From Hydrolagus affinis (taxonomy: Eukaryota), in NCBI GenBank assembly GCA_012026655.1, contig JAAILG010000139.1, positions 62,001-126,000 of the forward strand: DNA of 64,000 nucleotides, given 5' to 3'. Positions 25,801 to 37,990 of this stretch are shown here, piece by piece (position 1 is the stretch's first letter; each line of letters opens with the position of its first letter). A program made the translations under genes and the position numbers. Below the pieces are notes generated by a model. That model was given only the letters and a program-made list of their open reading frames with translations. It did not search any database and had not been told where the DNA came from.

Positions 25801-28800
25801 AAGCTTTTTGAGAGTCGTCCTCCTAATATGAAATGTGCTACATCAACTGCAAGGAATATTTCCGTGCATTTCTGAAATGCGGCCTTCATATGACATGTAC
25901 ATGTTCACATACAATTTAATATTTGAATAAACTAATACAGTATAAACCTGTGCATAATCCACAAGCACTTAAGTTTTCAGATTTTAACATATGCTTGCTT
26001 CCAGAAGGAAACTCACCACCCAAATATATTGAAGGCAGCTTTGAGGAACTGACATTTTAGGGACATATACTGGCAGTGTGAAGTGGAATAGTTTAAGGGA
26101 TTTAGGAGCGCAAGGAAAGATGCGAGAGCAAAGCACTGCCTGTAATACTGCAGTTTGTATACTCCAATCATTGCTTAATGTTCAAAGTGCCACAGCTGAT
26201 CTGAAGAAAATTGAGATACAAAAGCTTGATTACTCAGATTACAATGATTACAATGAAGGCCACTGTAACAGGCATCCTACGCACCTTATTGTAAAGATTT
26301 GGAATGTGGTTTCATTCATTTATTTAATTTTGGCATCAACTTGCAGGGATGAAACAACTAACATTGTAATATAATAATATTAATAATATATATTATTATA
26401 TTTATAATGTATAATAATAATCCTTGTAGTTTATAAAGTGCCTTATATTGTTGAGATGTCTCAAAGAGCTTCATACTGCTAAGTGTATTTTGTGGGCGAA
26501 ACGTGGCAGCTAATTGTGCACAGCGGTATCCCTCAAACAGTCGTAGATTGAGTAGCTCAATTTCTTTTAATGTTCGTTAAGGGATTTTTCCCCTGGAAAG
26601 CGATCTGCCAATTGACTAACAACATTTTCCCAGGATAGAGGCAGATAAAACAATGCATGAATATTTGTAGCCTTCATAAAATTATACATTTTTAAATATA
26701 AACTCAGCTTCATTTAACGTTTAAAACATTTTAAAAACGTAGTGGGTGGGAATTATTATATTTTAATTTTCTGCCCACTACTGAATGCCTCTCTGATCCT
26801 AATTCAGCCACCACTTGCTGGGGTGCCCCTTAACAATGAGACTTGAAAGCAACTGAAATCATTTAAGTGCCCTAAATTGAATAATTTCTTCATGCTAAAG
26901 GCTTCATGTTGTTCTGAAAGAATGATAGCATCTCCTTCTGGTGTGCATACTAATATTTGCAAATGCCACTATACGTTTCTCTGGAGTAAAGGCTCAGAGT
27001 TGTTGAATCAACACCAACCACATTTAGAGACACAGCATTATAGGGAATGCGAATATGGTCCATGGATAACAATAATAATAATTATAATAATCCTTGCATT
27101 TAATATAGTGCCTTATCAAGTAGTCAAGATCATCTCAAACTGTTTCACTGGAATATTACTGCAATGTAGATTGGCTGTGTGTTTTGTGGAGGAAAGCAAT
27201 GTCCCACAAACAGCCATGGAGTGAGACACCGATTTTATTTGGGGAGTGGTGGGGGTTGTTGGCCAGGACACAGGGAGAAACCCCCTTCTCTAGTTTAATC
27301 TACAGTAACATGCTGATTCATGAAAGCACTGTGTGCATCTCTTACTACAGGCGCAGATAGTGTGAGGCAGTTTTCCTGGTGATGGAACATCCATTCGATC
27401 CAATGAAACACAGTTTGAAATGTTAATTTGCAGCCCAAGGTGTGCACTGCTGTGTGAGCCTGCAATGCAGATCCTCAATGACGGGCAATACTGATAATAA
27501 TCTTTGCTTTTGATATAGCACCTTATCACCTCTTCGAGACATGTCCAAGCTCATCACAGAATATACTGTAAAGTGCATTAACTGTATATTTTGTGGGCAA
27601 AATATAGCAGTCAATTGTGCACAGTTGTGTCCCACAAATCATGGTGGATTGAGTGACTAATTTTTTTGTTTTTTTTAAGGGAATAGGCAGCAACCTGTTC
27701 CCATTTTCTATGGGTATTTTGACATCAGGAATTTCAATTGGATTCTCGAAGGCTCCAAATGTTGATGTTTTTGAAGTCAAAATGGAATTTGAATCTGAAA
27801 TATTATTTGAAAGGTACAGTGGGGTATGCAAATGTTAACATGTTCTGAATAAATCCGCATTCTCAAAATCATCCCTAATGTGTAATAATTTCTGACGGAT
27901 GGACACATAATTCACAAATATGCACACTTGACGCAATGAAACTTTCATCAACTTTGACAGGAATAGAGCAATGTTCCATCATCAACATGTTTATCTCGTT
28001 GTCTCATCTAAATAATTCCTCTTACATTGCAATGTTTGCAGAGAAACTAACGTGGACTGACATTTTTTATACAATTGGGTCAAATCTAATTGGCAGAAGG
28101 AGAAACGTAGCATTTGAAACATGGAATTTTAATGAACATCGATGGTAACAATGACGCCTACTAAAATAAGAAATAATCCATACTTTGAGTTTGAATGTTT
28201 TTTAGTCTTCAGATTTTGACCCTTCCTCTTTGGCAGGCACTGACTGGCCCTTGCTCTTCAATACATTGTCCAAGACCCCATTCTTAGCCCCTAGTATGTG
28301 TTTGTAGGCGATTCTGCTATCGAACGTCACGGCTGAAGTTGACTCATGAGATACCAAACAGTGCAAGAAAATGGCCACCGAGACTCAATGAGAGATCCTT
28401 GGAGAAAAAAGGCCATTTTCATCCCTTTCCTCGAAATAAAACTGATTTAGGGGAAGAGACCAAAGCGTTGAGGAGCAATTCAGTGATATTGCTGGTTTCA
28501 GAATCTCAGGAATTGCCACCTGCCTTTTCATGTTCCATTATTTGAGCCAGAACAATGGAACGAAAATAGATGCCGAAAGCTGTGAAGTTGTCTCTCTTGA
28601 TGACTTAGGCTGTCATCAACACTGAAAACAACATATAAAAAGCATAAAGTCAAGTGATATCAAGACTCCAGAACTCATTAAAAAAATCTAGTTCAGATAT
28701 GGTCTGGGGCGGTTGTAGATGACAGATAAATAAATTATCATCGTAATTCCTAGACAATCTCTCTTCAGAATGACAAATTATACCCATCTGAACAGACACC

Positions 28801-29009
28801 AGCAAACCCACTTGAAAGAAAATGTCAGCGTGAAGCATTGAAGAATTGCCAATAATATAGAGTAATAGGTGCTCACTGGCATTAAACATCTCTGTAGCTG
28901 AGGAAGCCTAGCACTTAAGGTTCAGTTGCATCAGTCTGTGCACTATGTTGATTTCCCAACATAGTTGATTTGGAGTCATAGGGGTTTGTTTATTTGCGTA
29001 ACAAACAAG

Positions 29010-29328
29010 AGAACCCCGGTTCGATTCTAGGTGGGGTGAAAATTTAGACAAGTTTCCTAACTACACACAGAAATGTCTCTGTTTACCTGTTAGTTAGTAG
29101 GAACCCAGTTGTTAGTCAATTGCCGGAACACATTCCAGAGGTAATAATCCCTCCAAACAAAAGCAGTCACCTACTCCATGTCTGTTTGTGGGACAATGCT
29201 GTGCACAATTGACTGTGTTTCGCCCCCATAACTACACGGTCAATCCACTTTAGGGAACATTCTGTGAAGCACTTTGAGACATCTCAGTGACGTGGTAAAG
29301 CACTATATCAAATGCAAGTATTATTATT
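29010..29328 (+). mobile_element. tRNA-headed SINE, long form, diverged
   Basis: GGTTCGATTC B box, CTCTGTTTACC..GTAGGAACCCAGTTGTTAGTC block, tail. Confidence 0.88.
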
Positions 29329-31137
29329 TTGTACTATTGCACTATAAGACAAATGGCTCTATGTACATTATTATTAGGAGAACAGATCTTACCAATTACA
29401 GTGCTGGCATGAAAGCAAATTATTGAATGACCTGCCTTTTCATTTGTAAATTGGGATAAACTGAATGTTGACAATTTCTGTATGTGCTGAAAAAGTGAGA
29501 ACTAAATCTCTGTTAATTGCAGGAATATGATGTATTTAAGAGCAAAGCCAAATGATTTCTCAGCAGCTACAGTCCCAGTTGTGTGTTCGGCTACCAATAA
29601 CTGTTTCTTTCTCTCTTCCACATAAAATTGTGTTGAAAAAGCATCGAACAAAGAATACAAGAATAATAATATACAATAATCATTGCATTTGATGAAACGC
29701 CCAATATTGTCGTTGAGAGTCTCAAAGCGTTTCATGGATACTAAAGTGGATTCTGTGGGTGAAACGCAGAAGCAAATTGAGTACAGTAGCGTCCCACAAA
29801 CCATCATGGATTGAATGTATAGATTCAATGCAAATATTTCAATATATGGTTACTGTACACATTTAATTGATAAATTATATTTGGTGCAACACAGAACAAT
29901 AAAAACCTAAATGGAGGAAATGATTATTAATGAACAGAAAGATGTAATAGCTTTGAAAGAGTTGGTAAATAAGTTCAAGATTAACAAGGCGATAAAAGGT
30001 CTAGCTGCTGACGAGTCAAGGTGGGTGATTGGAATGAATTGTATATTCAATCAATGTGGAGGATTAGATATTTTGTCGAAAATTAATTATGGGATAAATC
30101 CTGGTTAAATTAGCATAACTGCATGCTAATGTGAATTTTGTTAATGTTAATGCCAATTTTGATGTTGTGTTAGCTTGGAAACGTACTCTTGTATTAGCTT
30201 CCAACCTAAAAATCTGAAACAACATTTAGTAGCATTGTAGGCAGGTCAGATTCATGCGAGTTTTACTGTATAATAAAATTCGAAAGAAAAATGTTTCTGC
30301 AGAATCTCAATGAAAGGACCAGATGAATTTGTTCCCCAAAGTGTTGGATTGATAGATTTTGAAAGAAAATATTTTCTTTCTATTATTTATTTCTGACTTG
30401 GGCATCAACACAAAGGACATGCATGCGTCATCAGGCTGGCATTTTGCAAGTAGGGAACAATACTAACAATAATCCATGCATTTGATATTGAGTAGTGCTT
30501 TATCTTGTCTCAAAACGTCTCAAAGCACTTCACAGAATAAATACTGTAAAGGAATTAACTGTAGGTGTTGTGGGCGAATCGTGGCAGCCAATTGTGCACA
30601 GCAGTGTCTCACAAACAGTTGTGGGTTGAGTGACCAATTCATCATTATATATTTTTGTGGGTTGAGTCCTAGCCAAAATCTATAACATGGGAGTTAAGAA
30701 AAAATTACGTTTTGGCTGTTAGGCCTTTCTTTGGGTAAAGAAATCTGAAAAGTGAGAAATTTGCTTCTCAATAGGTTTGCTCTGGCCCTAATGACCAAAG
30801 TGTAATTACTATTATTATTATTTGTGTTTGTATATTAGGTGGCATAACAACAGGGCACACCAAGGACAGATATCTCATGCATTTGACCCTGGTGGTCACT
30901 GGGAGCACAGAAAGACTTGGAGAAATTGTACTGAGGCATGACTGGGCAAGTCAGAGATTTCCCATAGCCTGATGCATCCTCCGACAATCTTGGCTCAGCA
31001 AGTGATGGTGTATTCCGGATCTGAACTTCTGCATACAAGGTACAGAAAGCTCAGACACTGCACCGTGTGGGAGTGCGCGGTCCACAGACAGGAGAAACGG
31101 TGCGCGAAGATTCCCCGCTTGCGTTCCATGCTGACGT

Positions 31138-31467
31138 GGAGTCGTGTGGTTCAGTGGTTAAAGCACTCGCCTTGCCAACGTGAGACCTGGGTTCAAATCC
31201 AGGCAGGTCAGGGCGAAACCTTGGGCAAGTTTCCTTAGTCCACATGCCTGATGATAATCCCTCCAAGAAATAAACAATAATAAAATTGGTCATTTCAATC
31301 CACGACTGTTTGTGGGGACACTGCTGTGCGCAATTGGCTGCCGCATTTCGCCCACAAATATACTTTAGAGTCAATTCACTTTATAATATATTCTGTGAAG
31401 CGCTTTGAGAAGTCGAGAAGATGTGAAAAACGCTATATCAAATGCAAGGATTACTATTATTACTATT
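31138..31467 (+). mobile_element. Full-length tRNA-headed SINE, short form
   Basis: GGAGTCGTGTGGTTCAGTGGTTAAAGCACTCGCCTTGC..GGTTCAAATCCAGGCAGGTCAGGGCGAAACC..tail. Confidence 0.95.
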
Positions 31468-31649
31468 GTTTGATGGCATGAATGGGGAATGTTCAGATGC
31501 AGATTTCACGCGTGTTTTTGGCATAGTTGGGTTGATTTAAGTGTTCACTTGGGACAGCTCATAATATTGCAGAGTAATGGTAGCCTGGGCAGGGCTTCTG
31601 CCTTGGTTGTTTTTGAATGTGCGCTCGAGAATCTCTCTGTGTTACCAAT

Positions 31650-31972
31650 AAAGAGTCTTGCAAGAGTCTTGGGTTTGATTCCCGGCAGTGCAAAATGTTG
31701 GTCAAGTTTCCTTACTCAAAATACCTCTGCCCACCGAGCAGTAAGTAGGAACCCAGTTGTTAGTCGATTGGCAGATCGTTTTATCTGGGGGTAATACTCC
31801 CTTAAAAAAAAATGTGGTCACTCAATCCACAATTGTCCGTAGGGCACTGCAATTTGCTATCGCGTTTCGCCCACAAAATATAGTCTGTTCACATTGCATG
31901 TGAAACGCTTTTAAGACATCTCAAAGATGTGATAAGGTGCTATATCAAATGCAAGTATTATTATTATTATCA
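31650..31972 (+). mobile_element. tRNA-headed SINE, long form
   Basis: GGTTTGATTCCCGGCAG..CCGAGCAGTAAGTAGGAACCCAGTTGTTAGTCGATTGGCAGATCG..tail. Confidence 0.9.
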
Positions 31973-34915
31973 TCATCTGTTTAATTCAGTCAATATCTCC
32001 TTTCTGTGAGTCATGAAATGCCAATAATTCTTTACATGTTAAAATAACACATTTTGAATTCTGCAGTATCAGATTTGAATATGAAATGCCATACACAATT
32101 TAAAGTGACTCAGATAGTAGATATTCCAAAGGAATTCAATGCTGGCAATAATGTATTTTACACATTGCAGGTCTTTTTGTGGCGTGGTTTGCTGATTGAT
32201 TAAATGATATTTACTCTTGCCTAAGCTTCTAATGAACTGTCCTAAGGTTAGAAGTTATGTCCCAAGGTTAATTATAAGCACTCTCTATCAGTTAATACTT
32301 TTTTCACTAGAACTGCTATGGGGGCGATCTTCTTTTAATATAATTCTGTAGCTGGTCAATGGAAAAAAAGCAAGAACATTCTCGTGTGACTCACTTATAA
32401 TAAGAATAAGAATAATTCTTGCATTTGATATCATGTCGTCGAGAATATACTGAAAGGAATATATTGTAAAGTGAATTGACTATATTTTGCGGGTGAAATA
32501 TGGCAGCCCATTACACCCAGCATGGACCCACACAAAGTCGTGGATTGTGGGACCAAATTATTATTATCATATTTTTTTTTACAGCATATATGTGTTTCAC
32601 TGTAAGGAATAATTTGCTATCTTGTGTTTCATTACAACATACCTGAGTCTGGTATAACAAGTGTAAGGAAGAACCAACTCGGGAGCTAAATTGTATTGCT
32701 CTTTCCCATCTGAATATGTTTTTCAGTTCATTGAGACATGTGTCTAATTTATTCGCTAATAACAGGTATCATTTTATGATACTGGTTAAATATTAAACAA
32801 ATAGTGTAATGCCTTTGCTCTTCATGTTTGTGCAAGTGCACTAGAATTATTGAGAGCATCAGATTAATGGTATCATATGGAACCTGTGAAATATGCAGGC
32901 CATGTCTTTCTGGGAAAATGAGAGAATTAATGCATCTTTGATGTGAGGCAAAATGAAAACAATTTCTCTTTCTTTGAAATGTTCCTTCAACTGAAATATC
33001 GCCAAAATGCAGTGCATTTGTAACATGTTACAGACAGTTGGGCTAATAAGAGATGATTTCTAACTGAATTAATTGACCTTGTTTTTGAAATTACTGTGTT
33101 TTATTTTCTGTCGAGTAAATCTATTCCAACACAGTAAAATGTTGCCGTTCTTGATACATGACATCCAGATCGTTTGCTGTAGGTCTGTAATTGCTTTAAC
33201 TTCTTTTAAACCCCCCAAATATAATAATAATCCTTACATTTCACGTAGCAGCTTTCATATAAAAGCGCTTCACGTGTTACACTGTAAAGTCCAGTGACTG
33301 TGTATATTTTGTAGATAAAATGATCACCACAAGAGGTGCAATGTTGCAAGAAAAATTCCGAGCTTCAAAATAATTATAGCCCAATTCCGATATAAAGTGA
33401 ATAATGTATCATGATGCATCAATGAGAAGGTTGCATTGGAAGCATCAATTGTTAGTTCGATGTCAGCCAAGTGTCTGACACATGGAAGCCTATCACTGTG
33501 CCTAGGAGTACACAAACCAATCTAAGATTCTAATAATCCTTGCAATTCATCTAGTACATCATTACATCATCAGAACATCTCAAATGACTTTCCAGGATTC
33601 ACTGTAAAGTGTATAATAGCTATATAAGGTCAAACATGGCAGCCAGTTTGCGCACAGTAATGTCCTATAAACAGCCACAAAGTGAATGAAGTGGGGGATA
33701 GCTTGGATGGACTGAGAATTTCTACGCATATATGATTTCCGTAAGCAGGAAAGGGGTGTCATGGCAACCAAAGTGATTTGAGCATGTATGCACACTTGGG
33801 TAGAAATTCCACCTGGGTCAAGACTTACTCCATTAACGTAGCGTTTCAGAATATGTCCTGAGTATTAAACTCTTAAATGCTGCCTTATGATTATTTCTTT
33901 ATGTTTTTGTTTAAGATCTGCAGAATATCCACCAGGGAGTGATTTAATTATAATTAAATAAATTATAAACCGCTAAGAAATATTTGTAGCAATTAAATGG
34001 GGAGGAAGATTTTAATGGTTTCGTTAAATGTCAGTGACATCAATCCTTGAATTATTTGGATATTTTGTGGCTATCATGATTTTAATTCATATTTACAAAG
34101 GATCGATGTTTGGGATTTACAATGCTACTTCTGATCCATATATAATACTACCTTTATGCAATTTTAAAAGATGTCCGGCTCACTTTGAGATAATGGGAAG
34201 GATTGCAGTTTTAATGTACTGGCGATAAAATCTTATTGCAAAACACTCTCGATGGTTCGTCTCATAGTAATGGCAACCTAGGGTACAATTGAGACAAAGA
34301 CATTAAGATACACAATAATTCAAACAGTACCAATTGGAAATTCTCATCTCCCTGGATAAAACACCAATTTTCTTTTGGTGGGGGATTCAACGCACACCAA
34401 AAAACTTACTGGAATTATGTTTTTTTTAAATAATAATAATCCTTGCATTTGAAATACCATCTTCCAGTCATCTCAAAGCACTTCACTGTAAAGTGAATTG
34501 ACTACAATTTGTGGGCAAAACAAAAAAGCGCTGACTAACATTTTTCACCACACGACTATTTTTTTTGCAAAGTTTTCTCTTGACGTGGGGGGCGGGGGGG
34601 GGTATTTTGCGATCCTCCTTGCAATGCCACTGTTGCCTCCAAACTCAGATGACGTGGCACTGTGTTTCTATTAAACAGGAGGCACTTGAACCTCTGTAAA
34701 ATCTTAATAAAACAGATGCCGAGAATCACGAGGGAAAATGTTCAGAATGGAGATAAATTGTTCAGTTCTCAAGTTCCTTTGTGCTTGGCAGCTGTGAACA
34801 CCCACTCCACCACATTCGGTCTCACTTTCTTGCGTTTAGATTTACGCAAGAATGGACAGTGACCTCCTTCTCCCCTCGTTACGTAGGGTCTGAAATTAAA
34901 GCCGCGTTTCTCTGT

Positions 34916-34936
34916 GGGTGGGTGGGTGGGTGGGGG
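34916..34936 (+). other. G-quadruplex-forming motif (GGGT)4GGGGG
   Basis: Five G-tracts with single-T loops read directly; folding in vivo is inference. Confidence 0.7.
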
Positions 34937-36639
34937 AGCAAATGCGATGCGCCATTTACTCACAAGCAATTTCTTGTTCGGTTCACAGGTTTCCTGACGA
35001 ATGCATCAAGGAGCGGTTCCTCACCTGGGCAGTTTACTTTGTGTGTGCCACTTACCTCAGAGAGAGAGAAAGAGAGAAAAAAAAATGATTTTGCTGCTGT
35101 GAATCTCCATCTGTTGTCTGTCGCTCTGTACTTTTGTGCTGCACTGTTGGACGAATGTTTCCTCCATCATGGGATTGAGCCTGACATGGTTCAGCTGTTG
35201 GGTACACAAGCCAAGAAGATGCGGACACAGGTACCCTGCAGGAGATGAGGCAAACACTCCCTTTGTCGACGGACCTATGCCTGCCCAATAATTGCTACTT
35301 TCTGATGGAAACCGACTGGCAGACAGTCCAATTATTTCCACTTCATAAAGACTAGATTCCTCGAAATCAGACATCAAGGGAAGCTTTGAATCTAATTTAA
35401 TAAAAAAAAATACTACATCAGCATGATGAGCGTTCAACCACCTTTTCCTTCTGGACTCGGAACTAATGACCAAAGAACGAAAGACCTATGAAGAAAAATG
35501 GCATTGTTCAACAAGGCTGCACTAATTATAATTGCTCCGAGTTTTCAACAAAAGGTCTAAGGACTGCCTCACCTCTGGAGGAAAGGAAAGTGTGTTTTTT
35601 TTCAGACGACAGGGATACAATTATACCTGAGGTGTAGCTAATATTTTGTCCTTTCTGGAGATGCTGGAGATGGGAATGGAAAATGGCTTAATTACCCTAA
35701 AGGACTGAACAGCACACGAGCAGAAAGCAATGATGACAGAACTCCATTGGCATACAAGGACCTCAACTGCTCTGAGGCATGCGCTCACGCATTTTTTTTT
35801 GTAAGATTCTGCAGGTTTCGTGCTCTTAATTTGTCCTACCCTACCACCGCAGAGCATTAGGTAAGCTCTTGTCTGTCTGTTCAGGCCTGTGATCTATTGA
35901 CACATCTTACCACTACGGAATCCAGTTAAAAACAGAGAGTACTTGTGCCATTCAAACAAAAAAAAAGTCGTCATTCCGTGTTTAGAGAAAGAAAAACTAC
36001 TTTGTAAACCTCTAACAGATTTTGTATGTTGTATCTTTGTAGGAAATCCTATTTAACTGTGTGTGTGCCCATCATGTAAGGCCTGCAATGCCATAATGCC
36101 AAGCTGTGATGCGATTAGATTACATCCCATGCTGCAAAATAAAGCTGTTACTTTACTGAATAAACACCTAGTCAAGATTTTTTATTCCCTCAGATCCCCC
36201 CACCGCCTCCCATCAACCCAACCCCACACCCTGAGTGAAACTAACCAAATAATGAAGCTTTGTCAAAAAAATCTTCTAGGAATTTCAAAAAAATCTTTTA
36301 GGAATTTCCATAGAATTTTGCTTCTTGAAATGACAAGAAATAAACGGGTTGGTGGAAGAAGAATGAGAAATATATGCTACCTCTTAACACAAGGTAGAAT
36401 AGGTTTTTGTCACGCCTTTGTGACTACTGCTTAGCGCATATGAATCCAAGACACAATTGAATTCCTTGTTTTAAGATTTCTATGGCAGACAAATCCTTTA
36501 AAGATAAAATAATTTTCCGATAAACGATACTCTCATTATTAGTGCTGGCCGTTTTGCAGGCAGTTGAATCTTATTTTGTGAAATGCGGGACAGTAATATT
36601 AGTACGTGGGCTTATTTCTTCAAAAGAGGACAATGTATA

Positions 36640-36770
36640 TAAAGATTAGAGGCTTGAAGATGGTTGGGATAGAATAAGCAGGACAGTGGGGTTGAAAGTA
36701 AAGCCTGTTCTGAGAGAAAATACAGACTTGATGGGCTGAATGGCCTCCTTCTGCGCTGTCAATTTTATAT
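36640..36770 (+). mobile_element. Degraded CR1 3' end
   Basis: CAGACTTGATGGGCTGAATGGCCTCCTTCTGCGCTGT. Confidence 0.75.
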
Positions 36771-37379
36771 GAATCGAAGAATTATTTGCTCAGCTTCTAA
36801 TGCCTCGCTACTACTCTGAGGAGATAAGATCGCAAGATCAGTTCTGATGAAGAAAACCCTTTGGCTTATCTGATCGTATCCTTTCTGTATCTAAAGTGGT
36901 GGTTGAGAGTTATTTAGTAGATATAATTTATAAGATAATTACTAGTTGAGATGCTTTTGAATTTGATATTTTTAATCTACAATCAAATCACCAAGTGTGG
37001 GATAAGGAATTCAAATAAATATTTATTTCACATGACAGAAAGTGAACTTAAAGTCCCGCGGTTTAACCAGAAGCGAAAAAAAATCCCAAACAAAAAAACA
37101 AAAGTGCTTGTTATTTACCAGGATCCAATTAAAGGGATTGCACCTGCCACATTTTCCCTTTCGTGGCTTTTGCGGCTTGATTTTTATTCACCGTTTACGT
37201 GTTCAAATAGTTTGATTTTATGCTCCACAGAGCGCAAAGAAGTTAAACTGGGAACTATCCATAACTGTCAGTTGTTGTTAATAGAAACATCCCTAATATC
37301 AAAACCGCTACCACACACGAACAGTAATCTGACTGGAACCCTTGGCATTCTGAGGACATATTGGTGATTTGTTAGTTGT

Positions 37380-37605
37380 TAACAACAACAATCGCACAAA
37401 TTACATTTATGTAGCACCATTCACATCATGAAGATGTCCCAAGGCGCTGGTCAGTAAGGGATCTGCACACAAGCCGGTCGTAGGATCAGGAGGGGTGGAG
37501 GATGGATAGGGTAGGATTAGGAGGTTGACTGGGTATGGTTGAAGAGGACAGTCTTGAGACAGGTCTTGAAGAAGGCAAGGGAGGGGGCTGAGTCAGAGGG
37601 ACTGT
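37380..37605 (-). mobile_element. L2 LINE 3' end
   Basis: (AAC)n..TTACATTTATGTAGCACCATTCACATC..GTCCCAAGGCGCTG..GAAGAGGACAGTCTTGAGACAGGTCTTGAAG. Confidence 0.8.
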
Positions 37606-37788
37606 TAAGACGTATGCTCTTGTTAATAAGTAAGTCAATATAACTCAAGCTGTACCTTTCTTCATCCGTTCCCTTATGTTTTCTCGGCCACGCCTTTCAT
37701 GGCCGTTCTTCTTCCATGGTGGCGGGTGGTGAGTTTGGGATGAAGTAGATCGGTTAGGTAGGGAGATGACAGGCCATGAAGAGATATG

Positions 37789-37990
37789 TAATAATAATCC
37801 TTGCATTTGATATAGCGCTTTCCACGTCTTCTACAAACGTTTGTGGATTAAAATGACCAATTTATCATTGTTTTTTTGAGGCGTGTGGAGTAAGGAAACT
37901 TCCCCAAGGTTTCTCCCTGACCTGCCTGGATTCAAACCCAGATCTCACGCTTGCAAGCTGTGTGCTCTAACCACTGAGCTATGGGACTCC
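37789..37990 (-). mobile_element. Short-form SINE with internal deletion, flanked by AGATATGTA direct repeats
   Basis: Intact head and tail, central body missing; AGATATGTA at 37782-37790 and 37995-38003. Confidence 0.9.

Noticed and set aside
34781-35473. Overlapping 155- and 138-codon ORFs on opposite strands
   Set aside because: Both run through simple repeats ((GGGT)n, (AG)n, poly-A) and resemble no protein I know
35728-35778. C/D box-like ATGATGA...CTGA
   Set aside because: Under 50 nt between boxes, negligible terminal stem, no recognisable rRNA antisense element
36265-36309. 22-bp tandem duplication CAAAAAAATCTT(C/T)TAGGAATTT (other small duplications near 120-195 and 59895-59965)
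   Set aside because: Two units only, ordinary slippage; no repeat-spacer (CRISPR-like) or satellite organisation
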